Below are positions 49,338-58,412 of a DNA stretch of 64,000 nucleotides, piece after piece; positions within the stretch are counted from its first letter, which is position 1; each line of letters opens with the position of its first letter. The stretch is from Labilithrix sp. GTDB taxonomy: Bacteria; Myxococcota_A; Polyangia; Polyangiales; Polyangiaceae. Position numbers and translations under genes: made by a program. The notes under the pieces are model-generated. The model was not told the DNA's origin, did not search any database, and worked only from the letters and a program-made list of their open reading frames with translations. The stretch spans positions 1-64,000 of the forward strand of contig JAHBWE010000017.1 of the NCBI GenBank assembly GCA_019637155.1. Direction: 5' to 3'.

Positions 49338-50150
49338 ATGCGCTCGCTCGGTCCCCTCTGCGCGCTCGCTCTCGCCGCCTGCACCTCCGCCGCCGAGACG
49401 GACGCGCCGCCGGTGCCGGTCGTCGTCCTCACGGACGAGGCGCCGCGCGTCGACGAGGCTGCACCTGCACCTGCGACGGGAGGCGCTCCGGAGGAGGACG
49501 GCGTCGTCCCCAAGCTGTTCGTGCGCGGCTTCGGCGCGGGCGCGCCGGGCTTCGTCGACGGCATGCGCTCGTTCGATACGTACAAGAAGCTCATGATCGC
49601 GGCCGGCTTCGACGGGGAGCGGCACGCGCACGACCTCGGCGACTACGACGACGGCAGCGACCTCGCGGGCATGGTCGGCGAGATCGGCGCGAAGCTCGAG
49701 GGCGTCATGGCGGGCTATCCGGCGACGACGAAGTTCGACGTGCTCGGGCATTCGCTCGGAGGGATCATCGCGCTGCGCGCCGTCCTCGATCGGAAGATGA
49801 CGCCGCGGGTCCGCGCGTTCGTCGCGTTGTCGTCGCCGATCTACGGACAGGACAAGCAGCCATTCAACTGCCGGCTCGGCTTCCGGTGCACCGACGTCTA
49901 CACGACGTACTCGCCGTTCCAGTCCGCGCCGGTGATGGCGTACATGGACGAGCATCGCGCCGAGCTCGCCTCGATCGTGCGCTGCTCCGTCATCTCGCCC
50001 CAGGACGGGACGATCGACACGCCGATGGCGGGCGGACAGTTCCCGGACGGAAAGAACGTCGTCGTCGCGGACGTCTCGCACATGAAGCTGATGAAGAGCG
50101 AGGTCGCCTTCGCCGCGATGAAGGAAGAGTGCTTCGACGGGAAGCTCTGA
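49338..50150 (+). CDS. secreted lipase/esterase (alpha/beta hydrolase) lipoprotein
   Basis: LALAACTS lipobox; GHSLGG nucleophile elbow. Confidence 0.7.
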   Translation: MRSLGPLCALALAACTSAAETDAPPVPVVVLTDEAPRVDEAAPAPATGGAPEEDGVVPKLFVRGFGAGAPGFVDGMRSFDTYKKLMIAAGFDGERHAHDLGDYDDGSDLAGMVGEIGAKLEGVMAGYPATTKFDVLGHSLGGIIALRAVLDRKMTPRVRAFVALSSPIYGQDKQPFNCRLGFRCTDVYTTYSPFQSAPVMAYMDEHRAELASIVRCSVISPQDGTIDTPMAGGQFPDGKNVVVADVSHMKLMKSEVAFAAMKEECFDGKL

Positions 50151-50189
50151 CGCAGCGCGCGGGCCGCAGCCTTGCAATGCGCTCGCGGT

Positions 50190-50582
50190 ATGGATGCGAC
50201 CGATCCGTTCGTTACCCGCCACGGTCTGCGGCCGAAGCGATCGCGCGGCGGAACCTGGCTATTTCTCTTCGGGATCGGCGCGCTCGTCGCGGGGCTCGGC
50301 GTCGCGGGACTCTACTTCGGTCGTCCCGAACGGTGGGACCATCGTGCTGCGCCGAGCGAAGCCGCCACGCCGGCCGCAACGGCGGAGCTGACGTCGGCAG
50401 AGACGGAGACGGAGACGAGGCCGGCGACGCTGACGATCGGCGACGATCCGGCGGCGGAGCCGACCGCCGCGCCACCGCCGCCGCCGGTGAAGCAGCGCCC
50501 TCCGCCGCCACCGAAGAAGCCGCCGCCCCCGCCCGAGCCGACCCCGGAGCCCGAGGCCGATCCGTTCTCCACCGTCCACTGA
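50190..50582 (+). CDS. membrane-anchored proline-rich protein
   Basis: TM WLFLFGIGALVAGLGVAGLYF; PPPPPVKQRPPPPPKKPPPPP. Confidence 0.45.
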   Translation: MDATDPFVTRHGLRPKRSRGGTWLFLFGIGALVAGLGVAGLYFGRPERWDHRAAPSEAATPAATAELTSAETETETRPATLTIGDDPAAEPTAAPPPPPVKQRPPPPPKKPPPPPEPTPEPEADPFSTVH

Positions 50583-50722
50583 CGCCGGCATCTCGTGTGC
50601 ACTGGTGGGAGAATTGTCCACCCTTCCGACACTGGAAGTGTCCGCCCACACCGAAATGTACCTGAAATTTGGGGTGAGGCGTCGTTGTAGGTGTTGGTCC
50701 GACCGTTGCTGATACCCCTGGC

Positions 50723-51544
50723 GTGAACGCCGCCACCTTCCTCCGGGTCGCTGTTGCCTCTCTCCTCGCTGTGCTCGTCGGCTGCGCCGCCGAAGAGGTC
50801 GGGGAGTCGGGGCGCGACGTGAAGTTGCTCACCGGGACCCGCCTCTCGCCGTCGCAGGTCTCGAGCGAGCTCCGCGCCGCCGGCTTCGAGGAGAGCGCGA
50901 TCGGCAAGATGCTCTGCACCGCGAAGTACGAGTCGAGCTACTACGACCGCGCCCTCGACCGCAGCGGCCGCAACGTGAAGCGCGGCCTCTTCCAGATCGC
51001 GAGCAAGTACGTCGGCGAGCTCGACGGCTGCCCGAACAGCACGGAGGAGCTCTACGATCCGGCCCTCAACGCGCAGTGCGCCCGCGCGATCTTCGAGGCC
51101 GAGGGGATCGAGACCTGGTCGAGCTACACGGCGCACAAGTCCGAGTGCGATCGCATGAAGCCGCCGCCGCCGCCGGCCGCGACGCAGCCCGGGACCGACG
51201 TCGTGACGACGCCGGTGTCGATGCCCGAGCCGACCGAGGACGACGTGAACGAAGCGGAGAGCGCGCCGGCGCCCACGCCCGCGCCGAGCACGCCCGATCC
51301 CGCGACGCCCGGCTCGCCGAGCGAGCCCGATCCCGCGACGCCCGCGCCGCCGCCGCCCCCGGCCGCGATCGTCGGCGGCTGCTTCTCGAACACGCTGCAG
51401 GACACGATGGAGCCCGGGGCCTGCGTCGAGTCGAAGTTCGACAAGGTCTGGCAGCAGTGCAAGGACGGCAAGTGGTACCGCGGCGGCGACGACACGAACG
51501 GTCGCTTCGGCCCCTGCAACGGCTCGTTCCCGCTGCCCGAGTGA
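50723..51544 (+). CDS. lipoprotein with C-type lysozyme / alpha-lactalbumin-like (GH22) domain, Pro-rich linker, small Cys-rich C-terminal domain
   Basis: MLCTAKYESSYYDRA (cf. WVCAAKFESNFNTQA incl. catalytic Glu), VKRGLFQIASKY (cf. TDYGILQINSRW; Asp52 replaced), NAQCARAIF (cf. VNCAKKIV); lipobox LVGC. Confidence 0.6.
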   Translation: MNAATFLRVAVASLLAVLVGCAAEEVGESGRDVKLLTGTRLSPSQVSSELRAAGFEESAIGKMLCTAKYESSYYDRALDRSGRNVKRGLFQIASKYVGELDGCPNSTEELYDPALNAQCARAIFEAEGIETWSSYTAHKSECDRMKPPPPPAATQPGTDVVTTPVSMPEPTEDDVNEAESAPAPTPAPSTPDPATPGSPSEPDPATPAPPPPPAAIVGGCFSNTLQDTMEPGACVESKFDKVWQQCKDGKWYRGGDDTNGRFGPCNGSFPLPE

Positions 51545-51545
51545 G

Positions 51546-53156
51546 TCAGGTCATGCTGCCGCGATGGCGCGCGAGGCACGCGTCGCGCGCGCGGACCTGA
51601 TCGGCGAGGAGGGAGCGCGCGTACGCCGCGACCTCCTCCGCGCCGACGAGGAGGCTCCGTCGATGAAGGACCGACGAGAGCGCGCGCGACAGCTCCCGCG
51701 CGGTCGCGTAGCGCGCGGCGGGGTCCTTCGCGAGCGCCTTCATCACGACGCCCTCGAGGTCGCCGGGATAGCCGGCGACGACGGTGCTCGGTCGCGGCGG
51801 CGTGCACTCGAGCACCTGCGAGAGCGTGTCGAGATCGGTCTCGCGGCGGAAGAGGCGGCGCGTCGTGGTGAGCTCCCAGAGGATGACGCCGAGCCCGAAG
51901 ACGTCGGCGCGACGATCGACCCGCTCGCCGCGGACCTGCTCGGGCGACATGTACGGGAGCTTCCCCGCGACCGATCGGCCCGCGCAGCGCGTCCCCTCCA
52001 CCGCGGAGAGCTTCGCGAGCCCGAAGTCGACGACCTTCGTCGCGCCGTCGAACGTCACGAAGACGTTGTGCGGGGTCACGTCACGATGCACGAGCTCGAG
52101 CGGCGCGCCGTCGGGGGACGCGAGCTCGTGCGCGGCGTGGAGGCCCGCCGCGGCGTCGGCGACGATCCGGCAGGCGATCTCCGGCGGCACCGGGCGGCCG
52201 CTCACGCGGACGCTGCGCAGCCACGCGGAGAGCGGCTCGCCGTGGAGGTACTCCATCGCGATCCAGTAGCCGTCGTCTTCCCTTCCGAGCTCGAGGATGC
52301 TCGCGACGTTCGGATGGACGATCGCCGCGGTGAGCCGCGCCTCGTCGAGGAACATCCGCACGAAGTCGTCGTCCTCCTGGAAGTAGGGGTGGAGCTGTTT
52401 GATCGCGGCCCAGCGCTCGAAGCCGCAAGAGCCGGCGAGGCGCGCGAGGTGCACCGTCCCCATGCCGCCGGCGCCGATCTCCTCGAGGAGCCGGTAGCGG
52501 CCGGCGGAGCGCGCGACGGGCGGAGGCATCGCGCCGACGGCGACGAGCTCCGCGTGACGCGCGCGGGAGAAGCTCGGGAGGAACAGGTCGGTCTTCTCGT
52601 CGTCGACGTCGCCGAGCCAGCTCGGTCGCGTCTTCTTGTGCTCCGCCCAGAGCCTCCGCACGCGCGCCACGCGCGGTGAGCTCCCCACCTCCGCCGGCGC
52701 GAGCGCGGCGAACGCGGCGGCGGCCCACGCTTCGTCGACGAGGGCGGCGCTCTCCGGCGTCGCGAGGAGGAGATCGAGGAGGACGAGGACGGAGCGAGCG
52801 GCGCCGCGCTCGTGGGCGCGGCGCGCGACGCGCGCGAGGGCGGCGGCGATGCGGTGGTCGTCGCGGGCGCGAGCGGGGAGCGCGGCGGCGACGACCTCGA
52901 TCGCGGCGGGATCGTCGACGCAGGCGAGGAGCGTCTCGACCGACTCGGCGATCGTGCGCTCCGTCGGCTCGACGTGGGGGAGGAGCGCCGCGACGACCGA
53001 AGCCGCCGCGGCGCGATCGGCCGCGGCCGCGGCTCGTCCTCGCGCCGCGTCGAACGCGGCCCCCAGCGTCGCGGCGGCAAACGTCGCAGGTCGATCTCGC
53101 CAGGCCATGCTCGTAGCACCAGACGGCGGGCCCGTCCGGACCTGACACTTCGCCAC
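51546..53156 (-). CDS. Ser/Thr protein kinase with N-terminal Ala-rich helical domain
   Basis: GAGGMGTVHLA, AIK, HRDVTPHNV, DFG, SPE motifs. Confidence 0.85.
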   Translation of the reverse strand: MAKCQVRTGPPSGATSMAWRDRPATFAAATLGAAFDAARGRAAAAADRAAAASVVAALLPHVEPTERTIAESVETLLACVDDPAAIEVVAAALPARARDDHRIAAALARVARRAHERGAARSVLVLLDLLLATPESAALVDEAWAAAAFAALAPAEVGSSPRVARVRRLWAEHKKTRPSWLGDVDDEKTDLFLPSFSRARHAELVAVGAMPPPVARSAGRYRLLEEIGAGGMGTVHLARLAGSCGFERWAAIKQLHPYFQEDDDFVRMFLDEARLTAAIVHPNVASILELGREDDGYWIAMEYLHGEPLSAWLRSVRVSGRPVPPEIACRIVADAAAGLHAAHELASPDGAPLELVHRDVTPHNVFVTFDGATKVVDFGLAKLSAVEGTRCAGRSVAGKLPYMSPEQVRGERVDRRADVFGLGVILWELTTTRRLFRRETDLDTLSQVLECTPPRPSTVVAGYPGDLEGVVMKALAKDPAARYATARELSRALSSVLHRRSLLVGAEEVAAYARSLLADQVRARDACLARHRGSMT

Positions 53157-53201
53157 GCGCTCTTGTGGCTTGGCTTCAGGGCGGCGGGCGGTCTCGCGGT
53201 C

Positions 53202-53909
53202 CTAGACGAACGAGCGGAGCCACCATCCGAGCTCACGGCGCCGCATGAAGCCGGGGAGCTCGCGCCAGGTCTTCCGGGCTTGCCGGCGTGCGTCGGCGGC
53301 GCCCGCTTCGTCGCCGCGTCGAGCGCGGACGCGCGCGAGCATCACGAGCGGCTCGAGGGTGGACGAGTTGAAGGTCGTGCACGTACAGAGCGCCTCCTCG
53401 GCCTGCTCGTGGCGCCCCAGCTTTTCGAGCGCCTTCGCCGCGCCGAGGTACGCCTCGCCGAAGCGCCGGAAGGTGCGCTCGTTCGCCTTCGAGCTCGCGC
53501 TCGAGAACGGCTCGCCCTTGTCGGGATCGATCCCCACCGCCTCGCCGAAGGCGCGCAGCGCGTCTTCTGCCCTGCCCTTCCCGAGCAGCGCGAGCCCGCG
53601 CAGGTAGGCGATCTCCTGATCGCGCGGGGCCTTCGCGCGCGCCTCGTCGAGCCACCGCAGCGCCGAGCCGTGCCAGCGGAGATCGAGGTAGGCCTGCCCG
53701 AGATCGCGCCGCACGGTGACGTTCGCCGCGTTCATCGTCGCCTGGCGCTTCAGCCCCGAGATACGTCCGAGGTTCTTCACGATGACGACGGGATCGGGCA
53801 ACCATCGCCGCACGAGGAAGAACCCCACGACCCCGAGCGCGACGTACGGATTCTGCTGCGCGAACGCCGCGAACAGCATCACTGCATAATACATCCAGTA
53901 GTAGCTCAT
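53202..53909 (-). CDS. TPR-repeat membrane protein
   Basis: N-terminal TM; TPR-like helices. Confidence 0.6.
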   Translation of the reverse strand: MSYYWMYYAVMLFAAFAQQNPYVALGVVGFFLVRRWLPDPVVIVKNLGRISGLKRQATMNAANVTVRRDLGQAYLDLRWHGSALRWLDEARAKAPRDQEIAYLRGLALLGKGRAEDALRAFGEAVGIDPDKGEPFSSASSKANERTFRRFGEAYLGAAKALEKLGRHEQAEEALCTCTTFNSSTLEPLVMLARVRARRGDEAGAADARRQARKTWRELPGFMRRRELGWWLRSFV

Positions 53910-54049
53910 CGCCCGAAGCCGATCGTAGACGCTTTTCCGCTCACGCTTCGGCGTAGCGATCGACGCCCGCCTCGCCCCGCTCGCTATGCCCTCGTCGCGG
54001 GCGCGCCCTCACGCCCACGTGCGCTCGGAGGGCGTACGTGACCGCGGGA

Positions 54050-55035
54050 CCGACCACGCCTCGCACCACACGAGCGGCGTGACCGCGAGACGAGCACCGT
54101 CTCGCGACTCGCGATCGGCATCACCGCAAGACCAACACCACCTCGCGCCTCGCGCCTCGCGATCCGCGCGCCCGCGGGACGAGCACCGCCTCGCGTCTTG
54201 CGGCCTCGCGATCGGCGCGCCCCCGGAACGACGTAGCGAAAGGCAGAGGCCGCCAGCGCCCCTGACCGACGACGTAGCGAAAGGCCGGAGGCCGTGCGAG
54301 GCCCATATCAAACGCTCATGCGTACGAATGCGCCGTTCGGGTTCGGATAGCGAGGGGACCAAACACCACCTCGCACCTCACGCCTCGCGATCGGCGCGAC
54401 CTCGAGGCACCGAGACCGAACACCATCCCGCGACTCGCGATCGGCGCGACCGCGGGGACCAAACACCACCTCGCGACTCGCGATCCACGCGACCGCGCAC
54501 CATCTCGCGTCTCGCGACTCGCGAAGCGCACGACCGCGAGACCGAGCACCATCTCGCGACCCGCGAAGCGCACGACCGCGAGACCGAGCGCCGTCTCGCG
54601 TCTCGCGATCCACGCGACCGCGCACCATCTCGCGTCTCGCGACTCGCGAAGCGCACGACCGCGAGACCGAGCACCATCTCGCGACCCGCGAAGCGCACGA
54701 CCGCGGGACCGAGCGCCGTCTCGCGTCTCGCGAAGCGCACGACCGCGGGACCGAGCGCCGTCTCGCGTCTCGCGACCGCGGGACCGAGCATCGTCTCGCG
54801 TCTCGCGATCCCGACTCGCGACTCGCGCGACCGCGGGGACCGGAGACCGCGAGAGCAAGCACCGACTCGCGTCTCGCGACTCGCGCGACCGCAGGGACCG
54901 GAGACCGCGAGACCGCGAGAGCAAGCACCGACTCGCGACTCGCGACTCGCGCGACCGCGGGGACCGGAGACCGCGAGACCGCGAGAGCAAGCACCGACTC
55001 GCGACTCGCGACTCGCGACTCGCGCGACCGCGCGC
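54050..55035. repeat. ~1-kb non-coding mosaic of nested tandem repeats built on palindromic TCGCGA (CTCGCGACTCGCGA); sub-arrays with ~41/125-bp and ~63-bp periods
   Basis: 125-bp unit repeated at 54481 and 54606; ~41-bp unit about 6x over 54519-54790; ~63-bp unit 3x over 54840-55030; periods not multiples of 3; no A/T-containing stop codons, hence open in all frames. Confidence 0.85.
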
Positions 55036-55180
55036 GTCTCACCACGCGATCTGCCTTGGTGTGAACCTTCCCTGAAAAAATCTGAAACTGGCGCACATGT
55101 TCCCACCTTGCCTTGCATGTGGGGAGGTGGTTGCTACATAGACACTTGTTCGTTTTTATGAATCGATCGGGAGGCGTCAA

Positions 55181-55903
55181 GTGTTCAAAATGACCTCATA
55201 TTTCGTCCTCGCTTCGGTCGTGCTTGGTGCCTTTGCGGCCGCGGGTTGCGCGGCGCCCTCCGAAGAGGAGGAGGACGTCGCGGAGACGTCGGACCAGGCG
55301 CTCACCGGCTGGCAGAACATCGTCAACATCAGCGTGCCCGGCTTCGGCTACGTGAACACGCTCGCGACGCCGCATCGCGCGCTTCGGCCCGTGCGCGGTC
55401 GCTACATGAAGATGTCCTGGCCGGCCGCGTGCAACGCGCAGCTCACGCAGATGTCCCTCTACGGCACGTCGCTCGTCACCGGACAGCGCCTCCCGATCAC
55501 CGCGGTCCTCGTTCGCGGCCCACAGCTCGAGCCCGGCTCCAGGATCGCGTCCTACTACTCGATCAACAACGGCGACGGCGCGACCGTCCGCGAGATCGGC
55601 CTCTTCGGGTTCGTCGGCGGCCCCTGCGAGATCGCGTTCGAGCAGTCCGACTCGCTCAACGGCGGAGGAGGAGGTGGAGGCGGCGGTGGTGGTGGAGGCG
55701 GTGGTGGTGGAGGCGGCGGTGGTGGTGGCAGCAGCGTGATCTCTGGCTACACCTTCTCCGGCTTCACGCAGTGCCGCTCGCTCGCGAACGACATGGCTTG
55801 CCCCGCGATCGCCGACGCCGTTACCGACGCGTGCCTCGATCGCAACGGACGCACGTCGACCTGCTCCGACTGCACCGTCGTCTGCAGCATCCCTGTTCGC
55901 TGA
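55181..55903 (+). CDS. lipoprotein with 24-residue poly-Gly linker
   Basis: Lipobox AAGC; G24 encoded by GGN run 55661-55729; low-GC promoter region upstream. Confidence 0.6.
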   Translation: MFKMTSYFVLASVVLGAFAAAGCAAPSEEEEDVAETSDQALTGWQNIVNISVPGFGYVNTLATPHRALRPVRGRYMKMSWPAACNAQLTQMSLYGTSLVTGQRLPITAVLVRGPQLEPGSRIASYYSINNGDGATVREIGLFGFVGGPCEIAFEQSDSLNGGGGGGGGGGGGGGGGGGGGGGGSSVISGYTFSGFTQCRSLANDMACPAIADAVTDACLDRNGRTSTCSDCTVVCSIPVR

Positions 55904-55969
55904 GTCTTCCGACGCGCGAAGACACGAGCTTGCGGGCAGCCTCCGACCCTCCGGTGGTAGGTTGATCGC

Positions 55970-57502
55970 ATGACGAAGGACGGCCTGCTCGGCGCCGCGA
56001 TCCTCGCGCTGGCGCTGGCGGGCTGTCCGGGCGCGGGATCGGCGCCGCGGGTCAGCTTCGATCCGCTCGTGGCCTTCGATCGGCGCGACGACGCGATGGC
56101 GCAGACGATGCCGCCGAACAAGCCGGCGGTGCGGCGCAAGCAGCCCTTCGCCGGGTTCAACGAGCAATTCAATCGGCACTACACCGATCCCGACTACACG
56201 CCAGCGACGGTCGTCTACGTGAGCCCCACCGGCAACGGCAACGGCGCGAGCCCGTCGTCGCCGGCGTCGGTGCGGGAGGGCCTGTCGAAGGCCGCGCCCG
56301 GGACGCGCGTCGTGTTCCAGCGCGGGACGTACCAAGGCTGCTTCGAGGTCGGCAAGGACGGCACGTACGACGCGCCGATCGTCCTCTACGCCGAGAAGAA
56401 CCCCGACGGGTCGCGCGGCGTTCGCATGCAGTGCTGCGGCCACGGTCGCGCGAGCTGCTTCAACTTCGAGGGCACGAGCTACGTCGCGGTCGACGGCTTC
56501 GAGCTCCGCGGCGGGCGCTACGGCGTGCGCGCCGTCGGCGGCGACTACGCCGCGAGCCAGCACACGTGGGGGATCGCGGTGCTCCATTGCCGGCTCGACG
56601 GGCAGGGCTTCGACGGCGTCCTCACCGGCGCGGTGGATTGGTCGGTATTCGAGGACAACGTCGTCAGCAACTCGGGCGAGGACGACGGACATGGCATTTA
56701 CCTCTCGAACGGGAGCGACCTGAACATCGTCCGGAACAACGACCTGTTCGACAACATGGGCGCGACGTTCCAGATCAACGCCGACCCTGCGTCGACCTGC
56801 GACGGCGACTTCCGGACGGAAGACTGCGACGCCGTCGCAGGGACCGGCGACGGCGGCCGCGGCGCGTCGGACTTCTTCCTCGTCGAAAATAACTATTTCC
56901 ACCACGGCGACGCGCAGGGCTCGAATTTCACGTCCGTGCGTTACAGCATGGTGCGCAACAACGTATTTGCGTCGTGGGGCCGACACGGCGTCAGTTTCTG
57001 GAGCGAGGCGGCGGACCCGGCCGACAAAAGGCGATTCAACCCGCGGCTCGGGTCGCACCACAATCGCGTTTATCACAACCTATTTGCGTCTACGAACGAC
57101 AGGCACATGCTGCAGTTCGTCGCCAATTCGGATTCCTGCGACGTCCGCAACAACCTGTTCGTCGGAATGACCGTCAGCGGCGACCGCGTGAGCGCGCGCC
57201 CGACCGCGACGTGGCTCGAGACGGACAACACGGTGACGAACAACGTCTACGAGCACAACGTCTACCTCGCGGGCCGGTTCGACGGCCGGCGCGGCCCTGG
57301 CGTGAGCGAGCTCGCGCGCCCGGACCTCGACCCGGCTTGGTTCACGCGGCTGCCGACCGGCCTGCCGAGCACGGTGACGGACTTCCAGCCGAAGCCCGGC
57401 GCGCCCTTCCTCGACATCGCGCCGCGCCTCCCCTCCGTGATGCTCGATCGCGCCGGCAAGCCTCGTGGCGTGCCCGCGGACGTGGGACCATTCGAGCTAT
57501 GA
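55970..57502 (+). CDS. right-handed parallel beta-helix repeat lipoprotein (polysaccharide lyase/pectate-lyase-like)
   Basis: Lipobox LAGC; repeated N-x-(V/I/F)-x-x-N beta-helix rungs (VRNNDLFDN, VENNYFHH, VRNNVFAS, VRNNLFVG). Confidence 0.7.
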   Translation: MTKDGLLGAAILALALAGCPGAGSAPRVSFDPLVAFDRRDDAMAQTMPPNKPAVRRKQPFAGFNEQFNRHYTDPDYTPATVVYVSPTGNGNGASPSSPASVREGLSKAAPGTRVVFQRGTYQGCFEVGKDGTYDAPIVLYAEKNPDGSRGVRMQCCGHGRASCFNFEGTSYVAVDGFELRGGRYGVRAVGGDYAASQHTWGIAVLHCRLDGQGFDGVLTGAVDWSVFEDNVVSNSGEDDGHGIYLSNGSDLNIVRNNDLFDNMGATFQINADPASTCDGDFRTEDCDAVAGTGDGGRGASDFFLVENNYFHHGDAQGSNFTSVRYSMVRNNVFASWGRHGVSFWSEAADPADKRRFNPRLGSHHNRVYHNLFASTNDRHMLQFVANSDSCDVRNNLFVGMTVSGDRVSARPTATWLETDNTVTNNVYEHNVYLAGRFDGRRGPGVSELARPDLDPAWFTRLPTGLPSTVTDFQPKPGAPFLDIAPRLPSVMLDRAGKPRGVPADVGPFEL

Positions 57503-57779
57503 TGTCTTGTCATCGTCAGGGGCTTCGCCCCCGACACCCCCACCCCAGACACGGCCCTCGAAGACTCGGGGCGCTTCGCGCCCGCTTGCGCGGCCGCTTC
57601 TGGGGCCCTTTTGCGCCGACGCCGGCACACAGCGATACGCGTTCGCGGCTTACGTCGCGCACCGCGGCGGCGAGCTCCGCGAAGACGGGACCACGCTGCG
57701 CGCCGAGTGGAAAGACGAAGCCGTGACCGCGAGGGTCGACGACGGCACGGTGTACGGCGTCGAGGCCGCGTGAGCGCTC

Positions 57780-58235
57780 ATGAGCGCGCCGCTCGTCGCA
57801 CGTCTCTTCCATCTCGTTGGGCAAGCGCCGCCGGGCGGGGTGGTCGCGCGGACGTTCGCCCGTGCGCCGCGCGAGCGCCTCGTGCGCGCGGTCGCGTGGT
57901 ATGCGCACGCGCGGACCGGCGGCGTCGCGGCCTCGGCGCTTTTGTCCGGCCTCCGCCTCGTCGTGCGCGGCTGGGACGACATGTACTTCACCGCGACGGT
58001 CCCACGCGGCGCGCGCCGCGCCGACCTCGCGACGCCGAGCCCGCGCCAGGCGCTCGTCATCCGCCACGGCCGCGCGGGCCGCGGCTGGGAGAAGGAGTCG
58101 CTCCCGACCATCGGCAAGGTGCGCGGCGAGATCGACCTCGCCGTCGCGTGGCTCGCCGGCACGACCGGCTGCATCCTCCACGACGACTGCGCCGCACACC
58201 CGGAGCTCGGCGCCGCGTGCGCCGGCTTGCGCTAA
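57780..58235 (+). CDS. hypothetical protein
   Basis: 151-aa ORF with moderate composition. Confidence 0.3.
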   Translation: MSAPLVARLFHLVGQAPPGGVVARTFARAPRERLVRAVAWYAHARTGGVAASALLSGLRLVVRGWDDMYFTATVPRGARRADLATPSPRQALVIRHGRAGRGWEKESLPTIGKVRGEIDLAVAWLAGTTGCILHDDCAAHPELGAACAGLR

Positions 58236-58412
58236 CCTTTCGACGCATTTCACGGGAGGCGATGCGCGACCTCACGAAGAGCGTCCGCGATGGCGCGGTA
58301 GCGCGGAAAATGCGGGCGCGATCATTTTGCAGGGAAGATTTTCGAGCGGCGTTTCGGCCTCGGATCGCGTTGACGCGTCGTCGCTTCGCGCTAAAGGGTG
58401 CGCGTGTTCCTT

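Noticed and set aside
54050-55035. Repeat array as a CRISPR locus
   Set aside because: Repeat units are heterogeneous, nested and lack regularly sized unique spacers; no cas genes nearby.
55090-55125. Sigma-54 promoter upstream of 55181 (TGGCGC-acatg-TTCC)
   Set aside because: The -12 element lacks the essential GC (TTCC instead of TTGC); retained only as a low-GC promoter region with a CACATG-N16-CATGTG inverted repeat.
53986-55161. Protein-coding potential of repeat array (391-aa and 224-290-aa ORFs in several frames)
   Set aside because: Open in nearly all six frames because the repeats lack A/T; repeat periods (41, 63, 125 bp) are not multiples of three; translations are pure R/S/A/P low-complexity.
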